Made by a program: the position numbers and the translations under genes
In this document: piece after piece, positions 1 to 9,554 of the stretch
How positions within the stretch are numbered: position 1 is the stretch's first letter
Layout of the letters: every line of letters begins with the position of its first letter
Assembly (NCBI GenBank): GCA_023953695.1
Contig: JAMLJG010000003.1
Coordinates: forward strand, 7,012-71,011
Reading direction: 5' to 3'
From: Kiritimatiellia bacterium
GTDB lineage: Bacteria; Verrucomicrobiota; Kiritimatiellia; CAIVKH01
DNA length: 64,000 nucleotides
Notes under the pieces: generated by a model
Database searches by the model: none
What the model was told of the DNA's origin: nothing
The model's input: the letters and a program-made list of their open reading frames with translations, nothing else

Positions 1-1134
1 GTGACGGGGCCTTGGACTCGCGAGCTTCCTGGATCAAGCGGATGACCTTGCGCAGCGAGCTTTCGGCCGCGGGCTTAAGAACGCGGACATCCAGCTTGCC
101 CCAGAGGTTTAGCGTGCCGGAGAGCACTCGTTCTCCGGGCGCTTTGTCCACGGGAATGGATTCGCCGGTCAAATTGGATTCATCAGCGGCAGAGGATCCG
201 CGGAGGACGAGGGCATCCACGGGAAACATTTCGCCCGGTCGGACGGCGAGCATGTGCCCCGGGCGAAGTTCGTCCACCGCGATAAGCTCCTCCGAGCCGT
301 CCTCTTTCAAGAGCGTGGCCGTGGTTGGCGCTTCTTTGAAGAGGCTGCTGATGGCGTATTCCGTGCGATGTTGCGCCAGTTCTTCGAATGCGTCGCTGAT
401 GGAAAAGAGGAAGAGGAGCAGGGCGCCTTCCCAGAAGTGTCCGATCGTGGCAGCGCCCACTGCGACGAGAATCATGAGAAAGTGAATGTCGAGAGTTCGC
501 CTGCGCAAGAGGTGCCACGTTTCTTGAACGGGGAACCAGCCGCCGCAAATGAATGCTAACGTGTATAGGATCCGGATGGAGATGGGGAGGTGTTCGCCAA
601 GAGGGAGGGGGTCATGGGGAGCCGACATTAGTCTTTCTGCAATGAACCCTGCCAGTGTGAGAGCGCCGGATGAAATGGCGAGGGCGAGTGGGAGTTTCCA
701 GCCGTGATGGTGATGGTCTTCTCCTTCTCGGTGGGAATGTTCGGCAGGAATCTTTCTCATCACCTCGACACGCATCCAGGGGAACTGCTTCCAGTTCCAC
801 GAGCGCGCGCTTGTGGAGATGGGTTCGCGCTCGAGGAGAAGACCCGAGCCCGGAAGCGCGACAACGCGTATGCCGTCGGGAAGAGGTCTATTGGCGTTCT
901 TCACGCACTGTGCGCAGTTGGACTGCCATGGGGCCGTGGTGCAGGTGGGAATGTCTTCCGGCTTGAATTCGCCCGCGAGTTGCTCTAGCTCGCGTTGGGC
1001 CTCATCGGTCTCCACATTGGCGGCGCTTGCAAAGGCGATTCGACGGGCTTTCGCATCAATGAAAACCGCTTTGATCTTTTCGGTCGTCGCCAGAATTCTG
1101 GCAAAGCCATGGACAATGCACTTCGATTCACTCA
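1..1134 (-). CDS. Heavy-metal translocating P1B-type ATPase, N-terminal part. Gene continues beyond window start.
   Basis: Manual translation of the minus strand from ATG at 1134 gives MSESKCIVHGFARIL... followed by a His-rich stretch (EHSHREGEDHHHHGW), TM helices, and the actuator-domain motif LTGESIPVDKAPGERVLSGTLNLWGKLDVRVLKP...LIQEARESKAPS typical of CadA/ZntA/CopA-type pumps. Not in ORF track as one ORF because it is truncated by the window edge. Confidence 0.8.
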
Positions 1135-1248
1135 TTGCGGAATTGTAGCAGGGCCCACGGCTTTGCGCGTGAGATCATCTCTCCTGAGAACTGAATATTT
1201 TTAACAACTAAACTCAGAAACGGTTGACAAACTAGCCCGCAAGGCGCA

Positions 1249-1264
1249 TTTTGACCAGTCAAAA
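1249..1264. promoter_or_regulatory. Inverted repeat TTTTGAC-CA-GTCAAAA in the divergent promoter region between the P-type ATPase and the metal ABC transporter operon. Candidate metalloregulator operator.
   Basis: Perfect 7-bp arms with a 2-bp spacer seen directly. A TTGACA hexamer lies 20 bp upstream (1224-1229). Confidence 0.3.
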
Positions 1265-1279
1265 AGAAAGATTCGATTA

Positions 1280-2260
1280 GTGAAAATAGCAAGAATCGCG
1301 CTGGGTTTCACCTTGGCGTGTGTAGCGCTGGGGCCATTCGCCCACGCGCAAGAACCCGTGAACGAGCACATGCGGCCGTTTCGAGTCGTGGCGACCGTGG
1401 GCATGGTGGCCGATGTTGTTCGAGCCGTTGGCGGGGATCGCACAGAAGTCGCTCAGCTCATTGGCAGTGGAATTGATCCGCACCTCTATAAGCCGACGCG
1501 GGGCGATGTGGCGCAGATGTTGGGTGCCGAAATTATATTCTATTCAGGGTTGAAGCTGGAAGGAAAGATGGGCGATGCCTTTGCGCGATTGGCGAATAGC
1601 GGGCGCGAAGTGCATGCTTTGACGGAGAAGCTGGGAGAGGGCTATTCGCTGCACAGTCCGGCGAGTGCGCAACACACGGATCCGCACGTCTGGATGGATG
1701 TGCAGGGCTGGATGACGACGATTGGCGTGGTGGCTGAAGTCATGTCTCGCCTCGATCCGAAGCATGCGAGCGATTACGCGCAGCGCGCCGCGACCTATCG
1801 CGCCGAACTGGAAGCCTTGGATCACTACGTTCGCGAGGTCATTGCAACCATACCGGACGATCAGCGGATATTGGTGACGGCGCACGATGCGTTCCAATAC
1901 TTCAGCCGGGCGTATGGCATCGAGGTCTATGGCATACAGGGAATGTCGACGGAATCGGAGGCGGGCCTTGAGCATATCAATCGGTTGGTGGACCTGTTGG
2001 TTGCGCGGCATGTACCCGCAATTTTTGTCGAGAGCAGTGTTGCCGATCGAAACGTGCGCGCCTTGGTGGAGGGCGCGCGTGCCCGGGGTCACCGCGTGGC
2101 GGTTGGCGGAACATTGTTTTCCGATGCGATGGGCAAACCGGGCACCTATGAAGGGACTTATATCGGGATGATTGATCACAATGCGACGTTGATCACTCGC
2201 GCACTGGGCGGAACTGCGCCGCGCGGCGGGTTTCAGGGCAAGTTGGAGGGCATGCCATGA
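1280..2260 (+). CDS. Metal (Mn/Zn/Fe) ABC transporter substrate-binding protein, TroA/ZnuA/MntC cluster-9 family
   Basis: N-terminal signal peptide ([23 protein letters not shown]). Sequence features characteristic of the TroA/PsaA/ZnuA family (DPHVWMD..., His-containing metal site). First gene of an SBP-ATPase-permease-permease operon. Confidence 0.88.
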   Translation: MKIARIALGFTLACVALGPFAHAQEPVNEHMRPFRVVATVGMVADVVRAVGGDRTEVAQLIGSGIDPHLYKPTRGDVAQMLGAEIIFYSGLKLEGKMGDAFARLANSGREVHALTEKLGEGYSLHSPASAQHTDPHVWMDVQGWMTTIGVVAEVMSRLDPKHASDYAQRAATYRAELEALDHYVREVIATIPDDQRILVTAHDAFQYFSRAYGIEVYGIQGMSTESEAGLEHINRLVDLLVARHVPAIFVESSVADRNVRALVEGARARGHRVAVGGTLFSDAMGKPGTYEGTYIGMIDHNATLITRALGGTAPRGGFQGKLEGMP

Positions 2261-3069
2261 TGTTGCCGTGGAAGATGTCGGGACAGCCAGCGGGCCCGGA
2301 ACATTCGCCCTATGCGCCTGTTTCCATTCACGATGTGACCGTTGCCTATCATCGCAAACCGGTCTTGTGGGATGTGGACCTCGACCTGCCGGAAGGCAAG
2401 TTGGTCGGTGTGATTGGTCCCAACGGCGCAGGGAAAAGCACGCTGATCAAGGCGATCTTGGGCTTGGTGCCCACGGCTTCGGGCGAGGTGAAGTTCTATG
2501 GAGGAACGCTCCGCAAGCACCGCGCATTGGTGGGCTATGTGCCGCAACGCGAAAGCGTAGATTGGGATTTTCCCGTTAGTGCGCTGGATGTGGTGGCGAT
2601 GGGACTCTATCGGCGAATCGGCTGGTTTCGCCGCATTCGTCGCACTCACTATGAAGAGGCGACGAAGGCATTGGCGCGAGTTGGGATGGATAGCCTGGCG
2701 TTGCGCCAAATCAGCCAGTTGTCCGGCGGTCAGCAGCAGCGGGTCTTTCTTGCGCGCGCGCTCGCACAGGACGCACAGATTTATTTCATGGATGAACCGC
2801 TCGTGGGTGTGGATGCGGCGACGGAGCGGGTCATCATCGCGTTGCTTCGCGAACTGCGCAATGCGGGTCGAACAGTGGTGGTGGTGCACCACGACTTGCA
2901 ATCGGTCGCCGAGTATTTTGATCACGTCATTATGCTCAACACCCGCGTTGTGGCAGCAGGGCCGACCGCTGAGGTGTTCACGCAGGATAACTTGCTGAAG
3001 ACCTATGGCGGCCGCCTCACGCTGCTGGATGAGGCTGCGCATGCCGTGGCGAGGACAGGTCAGCGGTAG
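2257..3069 (+). CDS. Metal ABC transporter ATP-binding protein (ZnuC/MntB/TroB-like)
   Basis: Walker [10 protein letters not shown], signature [15 protein letters not shown], Walker B IYFMDEP. Start overlaps the SBP stop (ATGA). Confidence 0.92.
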   Translation: MMLPWKMSGQPAGPEHSPYAPVSIHDVTVAYHRKPVLWDVDLDLPEGKLVGVIGPNGAGKSTLIKAILGLVPTASGEVKFYGGTLRKHRALVGYVPQRESVDWDFPVSALDVVAMGLYRRIGWFRRIRRTHYEEATKALARVGMDSLALRQISQLSGGQQQRVFLARALAQDAQIYFMDEPLVGVDAATERVIIALLRELRNAGRTVVVVHHDLQSVAEYFDHVIMLNTRVVAAGPTAEVFTQDNLLKTYGGRLTLLDEAAHAVARTGQR

Positions 3070-3074
3070 CCGGT

Positions 3075-4511
3075 ATGACCGCGCAGCGACAGAGTCGGGG
3101 TAGCCCTTCGTTTGGCCTCCTGGTGGCGCTTGTCGGCGTGCTGGCGTTTATCGCGCTTACCGTGTGTGCTGAGAGCGCGACGCCCGCGCTGTGGCGGATT
3201 TTTTCGCTGCGCGATTACAACACGCGTGTGGTTATGGGTGGAACGGGGTTGCTCGGCGTCGCATGTGGCGTGATCGGGACCTTCATGGTGCTGCGCAAGA
3301 AGGCCCTGTTGGGAGATGCAATCAGCCATGCGACATTGCCGGGCATTGCGATTGCCTTTTGGGTCATGGTGGCGGCAGGCGGGACGGGAAAGTATCTGCC
3401 GGGGCTCCTCCTGGGCGCGGCGGTGTCGGGTGTGTTGGGAATGGGCGCCATTCTTCTTGTCCGCCATCACACGCGGTTGCCGGAAGATGCGATTCTGGGC
3501 ATTGTGCTGAGCATCTTCTTTGGAGCGGGTGTGGCCATTTTGGGCGTCATCCAAAAGATGAGCACGGCCTCCGCCGCCGGGTTGGAGACGTTTATTTACG
3601 GCAAGACCGCCTCCATGTTGGGCGAAGATGGACGCCGCATCGCGTGGGCCGCGGGTGTGCTCATTGCGATCAGCGTATTGTTGTTCAAAGAGTTTCGCGC
3701 GCTCTGCTTCGATGCAGGCTTTGCGCGCGCACAGGGATGGCCCATTCGTACGCTGGATGCGGTGATGATGGGCATGGTCGTGACGGCCACGGTGATTGGA
3801 CTGCAGGCGGTGGGCCTGATTCTCGTCATTGCTCTTCTAATCATTCCGCCATCTGCCGCACGATTTTGGACGGAAGATTTGGGGATCTTGGTCTGGCTTG
3901 CGGCTGGGTTGGGGGCGCTTTCGGGCGTTGTCGGCTCGGGTGTGAGCGCGGCATTTCCTGAGCTGCCTGCGGGTGGCGTGATTGTTCTTGTGGCCTCTTC
4001 CGTGTTTGTGGTGAGTCTTCTTTTCGGGCGCGCGCGGGGACTCGTATTTCGCGCTGTGACCCACCTGTGGCTTGAAGTGCGAATCACCCGCCAAAATGCA
4101 CTGCGTTCGTTGTTTGAGGTCTCGGAGCGCCACTCTGCTGGCGAGCCTGTGACGGAAAAAGCGCTGCGCGAAGTGCGCTATTGGCGCGGGATGCAGTTGC
4201 ATCGCGCGCTCCGCCGCTTGGAGCGCGAGGATCGGGTGTGTCGGGTCCTCGGCGGCTGGCGTCTCACGCCAGATGGTCATGAGGAAGCGCAACGCATGGT
4301 GCGCAATCATCGCCTCTGGGAACTCTATCTAATCCACCATGCAGCGGTTGCGCCCTCCCATGTGGATCGCGATGCTGACTTGATTGAGCACGTATTGGGT
4401 CATGAAATGGTTGTGGAGCTGGAGAAACTCCTCGACGCAACGGTTGCTGAGCCCGCGGTGCCAGAGAGTCCACACCCCATTGCAGCGCCAGTGGAAGAGG
4501 GGGGGACATGA
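3075..4511 (+). CDS. Metal ABC transporter permease (ABC-3/TroC family) fused to a C-terminal DtxR/MntR-like winged-helix + metal-binding domain
   Basis: Residues ~1-330 are a multi-TM ABC-3 permease. Residues ~334-478 contain ...GGWRLTPDGHEEAQRMVRNHRLWELYLIHHAAVAPSHVDRDADLIEHVLGHEMVVELEKLL, which aligns with the HTH-wing and dimerisation/metal-binding region of DtxR-family repressors (HRLAERLL...HDEAxRWEHV). Confidence 0.85.
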   Translation: MTAQRQSRGSPSFGLLVALVGVLAFIALTVCAESATPALWRIFSLRDYNTRVVMGGTGLLGVACGVIGTFMVLRKKALLGDAISHATLPGIAIAFWVMVAAGGTGKYLPGLLLGAAVSGVLGMGAILLVRHHTRLPEDAILGIVLSIFFGAGVAILGVIQKMSTASAAGLETFIYGKTASMLGEDGRRIAWAAGVLIAISVLLFKEFRALCFDAGFARAQGWPIRTLDAVMMGMVVTATVIGLQAVGLILVIALLIIPPSAARFWTEDLGILVWLAAGLGALSGVVGSGVSAAFPELPAGGVIVLVASSVFVVSLLFGRARGLVFRAVTHLWLEVRITRQNALRSLFEVSERHSAGEPVTEKALREVRYWRGMQLHRALRRLEREDRVCRVLGGWRLTPDGHEEAQRMVRNHRLWELYLIHHAAVAPSHVDRDADLIEHVLGHEMVVELEKLLDATVAEPAVPESPHPIAAPVEEGGT

Positions 4512-5776
4512 ATTGGACGCTTCTGGATACGTGGATGCTCGCCACGGGTATCTTTTCCGCGCTCTCCTGTGCGCTCTTGGGCAATTTTCTCTTCGTGCGC
4601 CGACTTTCCTTGATGGGGGATGCGATTAGCCACGCGGTTCTCCCAGGATTGGCGGCTGCCTTTCTGATCACGGGGAGTCGCGACAGCGGACCGATGTTGA
4701 TGGGAGCCGTCATTGCTGGTGTTCTGACCGCCGTGCTCACGCAAGGGATTGCCCATGCGGGAAAGGTGGAGGAGAGCACCTCAATGGGCATTGTATTCAC
4801 GACGCTCTTTGCCGTGGGTCTCCTACTGATTGTTCGCGCGGCAGACCGCGTTGATTTGGATCCCTCTTGCGTATTGTATGGATCACTTGAGCTGACGCCG
4901 CTGGACACGATCCGCATCGGGGGGATGACGCTGCCTCGCGCGTTCCTGGTCAATACCAGTGTGTTTGCTGTGAACGCGGCAATTGTGTGGCTGCTCTTCA
5001 AAGAGTTCATGATTGGTGCATTTGACCCGATGCTCGCTGTGACACAGGGGTTTCGTCCGCGCTGGATGCACCAGTTGTTGATGGCGCTTGTTGCGCTCAC
5101 GGCGGTTGCCTGTTTCGAGACGGTAGGCAGCATACTCGTGGTGGCCATGTTGATCGTTCCCGCTGCTACAGCTCGGCTGCTTTCGAGCCGATTGCCCGCG
5201 ATGTTGGGTCTGAGTCTCGCTATCGCTGCGGGCAGTGCGATTCTGGGCCACCTTGGGGCGTTGACAATTCCGCGCTTGTTTGGCTTCGAGGATACGACAA
5301 CGTCGGGAATGATGGCCGTTGCCGCGGGCGCAATGTTCTTTCTCGCGCTCATTTTTGCTCCGGGGTCGGGTGTTCTGGCGCATGCGCGCAATCAACTGTC
5401 TTTGCGCCGTCGCATTGAAAACGAGGACGCGCTCGCCGCTCTGTATCGGCGAGGGGAGGGGATGGAGTTGGCAACAGCGGAACTGCCGTCGCCTCGCTTG
5501 CTTCACCGCTTGGAGCGGCGCGGTTTCGCCGCAGAGTCGGCCGGTGTCTGGCAGTTGACCCCTCGTGGGAAAGAGGAGGCCGAGTCTGTGATCCATGCCC
5601 ATGTCTTGTGGGAACGCTTTCTTGTTGATCACGCCAATATGCGTGTGGATCACGCCCACCAATCATCGGAGAGGTTGGAACACGTGACGACGCCGGAGAT
5701 GCGGGAAGTTCTTGCGGAAACGGTGGAAAAGCCGGTCACGCCGCCATCAGACGGCTCGATTTTGCCGCCACGCTGA
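4508..5776 (+). CDS. Metal ABC transporter permease (ABC-3/TroD family) fused to a C-terminal DtxR/MntR-like domain
   Basis: Multi-TM ABC-3 permease, then C-terminal ...VWQLTPRGKEEAESVIHAHVLWERFLVDHANMRVDHAHQSSERLEHVTTPEMREVL resembling the DtxR winged helix + metal-binding region. Start overlaps upstream stop (ATGA). Confidence 0.85.
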   Translation: MNWTLLDTWMLATGIFSALSCALLGNFLFVRRLSLMGDAISHAVLPGLAAAFLITGSRDSGPMLMGAVIAGVLTAVLTQGIAHAGKVEESTSMGIVFTTLFAVGLLLIVRAADRVDLDPSCVLYGSLELTPLDTIRIGGMTLPRAFLVNTSVFAVNAAIVWLLFKEFMIGAFDPMLAVTQGFRPRWMHQLLMALVALTAVACFETVGSILVVAMLIVPAATARLLSSRLPAMLGLSLAIAAGSAILGHLGALTIPRLFGFEDTTTSGMMAVAAGAMFFLALIFAPGSGVLAHARNQLSLRRRIENEDALAALYRRGEGMELATAELPSPRLLHRLERRGFAAESAGVWQLTPRGKEEAESVIHAHVLWERFLVDHANMRVDHAHQSSERLEHVTTPEMREVLAETVEKPVTPPSDGSILPPR

Positions 5777-5861
5777 CATTTTCAGTTGCATATTCGGTTT
5801 TCGCAGTTGAATCTCGCTGGGTTTCCGAGTATCACGGTCAGCTTTTCAAGAGGAAGCAAGC

Positions 5862-6071
5862 ATGCCGGTAAAACACATTCGCAATAAACATCTTCGTCGC
5901 AAGCGCAAGGGAGCTGCGGACAAGCGTCGTCGCGTGAAGGTCCAGAAGAAGCGCGTGGTCGCCCTCGGACTTCCGGCCGAGAAGGCTGAAAAGCTGAATC
6001 AGAAGGAAATTCGCACGCTGCTTCGCAACCCCAAGAAGACCGCAGCGCGCCTGACCAAGAAGTCCGCCTAA
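5862..6071 (+). CDS. Small, very basic hypothetical protein (69 aa, K/R-rich)
   Basis: ORF with AGGAAG Shine-Dalgarno 6 nt upstream. Composition MPVKHIRNKHLRRKRKGAADKRRRVKVQKKR... No family recognised. Confidence 0.5.
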   Translation: MPVKHIRNKHLRRKRKGAADKRRRVKVQKKRVVALGLPAEKAEKLNQKEIRTLLRNPKKTAARLTKKSA

Positions 6072-6087
6072 TCTCTCGGGCATTCCT

Positions 6088-6990
6088 ATGGCGGTTCGCT
6101 TTCGATACCGCGTTGAGTATGCCTTACTGCGCGGCAGCGCAGCCCTGCTAAATGCGCTGCCTTATCCATTGGCCCTCGCCTTCGGCGCGGGCCTTGCTGC
6201 CCTGACCCCGCTCTTCGGTTCGCGCCGTGTCGTAGAAGCGCGCCGTCGTATCGCAGAGGTCTTTCCTGAAAAGTCGCAGCGCGAAGTGCGGCGCATTGCG
6301 CGCATCGCACTGCGAAATTTGGCCTTCAACCTGGTGGAAGCCCTGCGCTTTCCCCATATGACCCGCGAATGGATAGAGCGGCATGTTGATGTCGGCAATT
6401 TTGACGATGCCACCGTGGCGCACATCCAACCGGGGCAAGGCGCCCTATTTGTTGTGCCGCACATGGGCAACTGGGAGATGGCCGGGCTGGTTGCAGGGCA
6501 GCGTGGATTGCCCATATTCTTATTGGTTGGCCGCCAGCGGAATCCTCTGACGGACACTTTTATGAGGGAGATTCGCTCCGCCACTGGCGTCACTGTGGTG
6601 GTGCGCGATCAGCTGGCGGTGCGAAATGTGTTGCGGAATCTGCGAGTTGGTAAGGCGCTGGCTATTTTGCCCGATTTGCGCATGCCCACGACTGGCGTTC
6701 CGGTGAAATTTCTTGGGCGCGATGTCGAGTTTCCCGGCGGCACAGCCCTCTTTGCTCGGCATGCGCATGTTCCGGTTTTCATTGGACACGTCCGGCGGGT
6801 GGGGTGGACAAAACATGTGTGGGAATTTCTGCCGCCAATGTGGTCTGACCCCGCTTTGAGCAAAGAGGAAGACGCACAACGCATTTTGCAGACCGCGGCA
6901 GATCACTTCAGCGAAGCAATCCGTCGGCATCCCGAACAATATTTCTGGTTCAACAAGCGCTGGGTGCTCGAAGCGCGCAAGAAGAGCTAA
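6088..6990 (+). CDS. lpxL: Lipid A biosynthesis (Kdo2-lipid IVA) lauroyl/myristoyl acyltransferase, LpxL/HtrB family
   Basis: LPLAT-family motifs (VVPHMGNWE, PEQYFWFNKRW) typical of LpxL/LpxM. Confidence 0.85.
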   Translation: MAVRFRYRVEYALLRGSAALLNALPYPLALAFGAGLAALTPLFGSRRVVEARRRIAEVFPEKSQREVRRIARIALRNLAFNLVEALRFPHMTREWIERHVDVGNFDDATVAHIQPGQGALFVVPHMGNWEMAGLVAGQRGLPIFLLVGRQRNPLTDTFMREIRSATGVTVVVRDQLAVRNVLRNLRVGKALAILPDLRMPTTGVPVKFLGRDVEFPGGTALFARHAHVPVFIGHVRRVGWTKHVWEFLPPMWSDPALSKEEDAQRILQTAADHFSEAIRRHPEQYFWFNKRWVLEARKKS

Positions 6991-7898
6991 TCCATCTTTC
7001 GATCGAGTCTGCGCGCGACGACCCAATCGAAGAACGATTCGGGCAACAGGCTTCGGGCGAGGGGCGCAGCGTAGGCGGGGAACGTCACCTTGTAGCGGCG
7101 CTTGGGTCGCGCGGACTCCAAAGCGTGCACAATTTTGCTTGCGACGGCGTCGGGCCCCTGAGTGAAGATGGCCGAGCCGTCGCTGTTTGCCGATCGGTCG
7201 GGAAGCGCGATGCGGGTGTTCGTGGGCATTTCTGATTTTCGTATGGCGGCCGAAGTGTTCCGAAACTCGCTTCTGATGGGGCCGGGTTCTACCAGACTCA
7301 AGCCAATCCCTGTGCCGCGCAGTTCGACGCGCTGGGCATCGGCTAGCGACTCCACTGCGTGTTTTGACGCGCAGTAGGCGCCGACCCGTGGAATGGTGAC
7401 GCGGCCCAACACGGAGCTTATGTGTACGATTCGCCCTGAACCGGTTCGCAGCATCGCGGGGAGCACGAGGTTGGTGAGTTCTTGGAGGCCGAAAACGTTC
7501 ACTTCGAATTGACGCCGTAATTGATCGCGACTGAGATCTTCCAGGGCGCCCGGTTGCCCGAATCCTGCGTTGTTCACCAAGGCGCCGAGTTTCCCGTCGG
7601 ACTCCTTCAAGACCTGCGAAGCCGCGGAGTGAACGCGGGTTGAGTCCATAAGATCCATGTTGATGGGATCAAATCCTTCAGCCGCGAGCGCGTTGAGATC
7701 AGCCGGTTTGCGTGCGCCGGCAAAGACACGCCATCCTCGATCGCGCAACACGCGCGCAGTGGCTCGACCAATACCGGTCGAGCAGCCAGTGATGAAGACA
7801 GAACGGTGTTGAACGAGGGGCAACTTCATCCGGGCAGCATCGCCATTCACTTGCGCTGCTGTCAAATCACTCGTGAGTGAACTTGTCAGATTCTCCAT
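6987..7898 (-). CDS. SDR-family NAD(P)-dependent oxidoreductase
   Basis: TGxxxGIG Rossmann motif (VFITGCSTGIGRATAR), catalytic YxxxK (YCASKHAVESL). Confidence 0.85.
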   Translation of the reverse strand: MENLTSSLTSDLTAAQVNGDAARMKLPLVQHRSVFITGCSTGIGRATARVLRDRGWRVFAGARKPADLNALAAEGFDPINMDLMDSTRVHSAASQVLKESDGKLGALVNNAGFGQPGALEDLSRDQLRRQFEVNVFGLQELTNLVLPAMLRTGSGRIVHISSVLGRVTIPRVGAYCASKHAVESLADAQRVELRGTGIGLSLVEPGPIRSEFRNTSAAIRKSEMPTNTRIALPDRSANSDGSAIFTQGPDAVASKIVHALESARPKRRYKVTFPAYAAPLARSLLPESFFDWVVARRLDRKMD

Positions 7899-7916
7899 TC
7901 CAGCTAGAGTGTCTGC

Positions 7917-8738
7917 ATGAAAGCACGCTGGCTGGGCTTTGTTTCAATTGCGCTTCTTGCCCTGGTTTCTTGTTCAACCGTTGACCCGGTCACGGGCAAG
8001 CGCGTCCAGAATATGTATCTCATTCAGGACGACGTTCAGATGGGCCGCGAAGTGATGGCAGACACTGTTGCAGCGATGCGCAAGGAAGGCGTTCGCATCA
8101 ACAAAGATGCCGAGCAGGTCGCCAAGTTGCAGACCATCGTTCGCCGAATCACGACGGTGTCCCACATGCCCGATTTGCCCTATCAAGTGACGCTCTTTGA
8201 GACGAACATTGTGAATGCATTTGCGGCACCGGGTGGGCAAATGGGCGTATTCACTGGGCTCTATCACCCGGAGATGGGGCTGGTGAAAGACGACGATGAA
8301 TTGGCGGCGGTGATTGCGCATGAAATTGCCCATGTCACCTGCCGCCACACGACAGAGGCATTGACGCGCGGGATGCCGCTTCAGCTCGTGCTGCTGGGCG
8401 CATCCATCTATGCGGAGTCCAAAGGGAAGCAGGATTTGGCCATGGGCTTGGCGGCGGGCTTTCTGGTCTACCAGGGGTTAGTGCTTCCCAAGTTTTCGCG
8501 CGCGGACGAGAGCGAGGCGGATTCGGTGGGGTTGATGTATATGGCGAAGGCGGGCTATGACCCGAACGCCGCGATCCGAATCTGGGAACGGGCGGCCGCG
8601 CGCGGAAAAGATCCGAAATTGTTCGCAATGTTTTCCTCGCACCCGACCGATTCTGCCCGCGCATCTGCGCTGCGAAAGTTGCTGCCGAAGGCACTGGCGG
8701 AATATGAACGGGCTCGCGACAACCCCTCGCGTCCGTGA
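7917..8738 (+). CDS. M48-family zinc metalloprotease lipoprotein (BepA/YcaL-like)
   Basis: Lipoprotein signal (LLALVSCS), HEIAH zinc-binding motif, downstream conserved E/D. Confidence 0.8.
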   Translation: MKARWLGFVSIALLALVSCSTVDPVTGKRVQNMYLIQDDVQMGREVMADTVAAMRKEGVRINKDAEQVAKLQTIVRRITTVSHMPDLPYQVTLFETNIVNAFAAPGGQMGVFTGLYHPEMGLVKDDDELAAVIAHEIAHVTCRHTTEALTRGMPLQLVLLGASIYAESKGKQDLAMGLAAGFLVYQGLVLPKFSRADESEADSVGLMYMAKAGYDPNAAIRIWERAAARGKDPKLFAMFSSHPTDSARASALRKLLPKALAEYERARDNPSRP

Positions 8739-8785
8739 CGAGTGTCCGAACCGAAGCTGCGGCGGGAGACGCGAGCGCCTTCTGA

Positions 8786-9460
8786 CTACTCGAACTGTTT
8801 GCGGAATTCGTCCAACTGCGCTCGAAGCGCCGCGAGTTCTTCGCGGAGTGCCGCCACGTCGCTTTCAAGTTGTGCGACCCGCTGTTGGTCGCCACGCAGT
8901 TGTTCGGCGATCGGCTCGGTTGGCGTCCCGACCTCCATGGAGGGCGGCGCCCCGAGCAGGTGAGCATAGCGCGATTCCTTTTGTCCGGGCTGGCGCGGGA
9001 GCCGCACGACGAGTGCGCCAGCCGGGCGTTGAGCCAGTTCATCCAATGCGAGTTGAACTGTGGCGACGTCCGTCATGGGGGTGAACCGCTCGCAGCGAGT
9101 TCGCAGTTCTGCGGCGGTTTGAGGGCCGCGCAGCATCAGCTCGCAGAGGATCGCCGTATCGCGCTTGTCGAGGCCAATCGCTTGTGGAAACTGATGTTTA
9201 TATTTCGGCACTCGACTTCCGGCGACGCCGATGATGACCGCGAGGCGGCGTTCGCGAAGGCGATCCAACGCGCGAGCGACTGTGGCATCGTCAAACGCCA
9301 CGATGGGATCGCGGTTGTTCTTCTGGTTGCAGGCTGCGACAAGCGCGTTTAGCGAGAGCGGGTAGTAGTCTGGCGTGGTGACTTGTTTTTCAATCAGCGC
9401 ACCTAGCACGCGCAATTCTTCCGCGTTCAACGGAAAGTTCGGCGCTTCATTTTCGCTCAT
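8786..9460 (-). CDS. yceH: YceH/DUF480-family protein
   Basis: MSENEAPNFPLNAEELRVLGALIEKQVTTPDYYPLSLNALVAACNQKNNRDPIVAFDD... matches the UPF0502/YceH architecture with C-terminal coiled coil. Start moved to the internal ATG (9460), because the ORF-track N-terminal extension is Pro/Ser/Arg-rich out-of-character sequence. Confidence 0.7.
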   Translation of the reverse strand: MSENEAPNFPLNAEELRVLGALIEKQVTTPDYYPLSLNALVAACNQKNNRDPIVAFDDATVARALDRLRERRLAVIIGVAGSRVPKYKHQFPQAIGLDKRDTAILCELMLRGPQTAAELRTRCERFTPMTDVATVQLALDELAQRPAGALVVRLPRQPGQKESRYAHLLGAPPSMEVGTPTEPIAEQLRGDQQRVAQLESDVAALREELAALRAQLDEFRKQFE

Positions 9461-9554
9461 ATCAAAACTCCAAACATCGTTTGCCGAAGGCGGGAATACC
9501 CATGGGTGGAGGATCGCCGAGGGGCGAACGTCTGGGAATGATTGATAATTCCGA

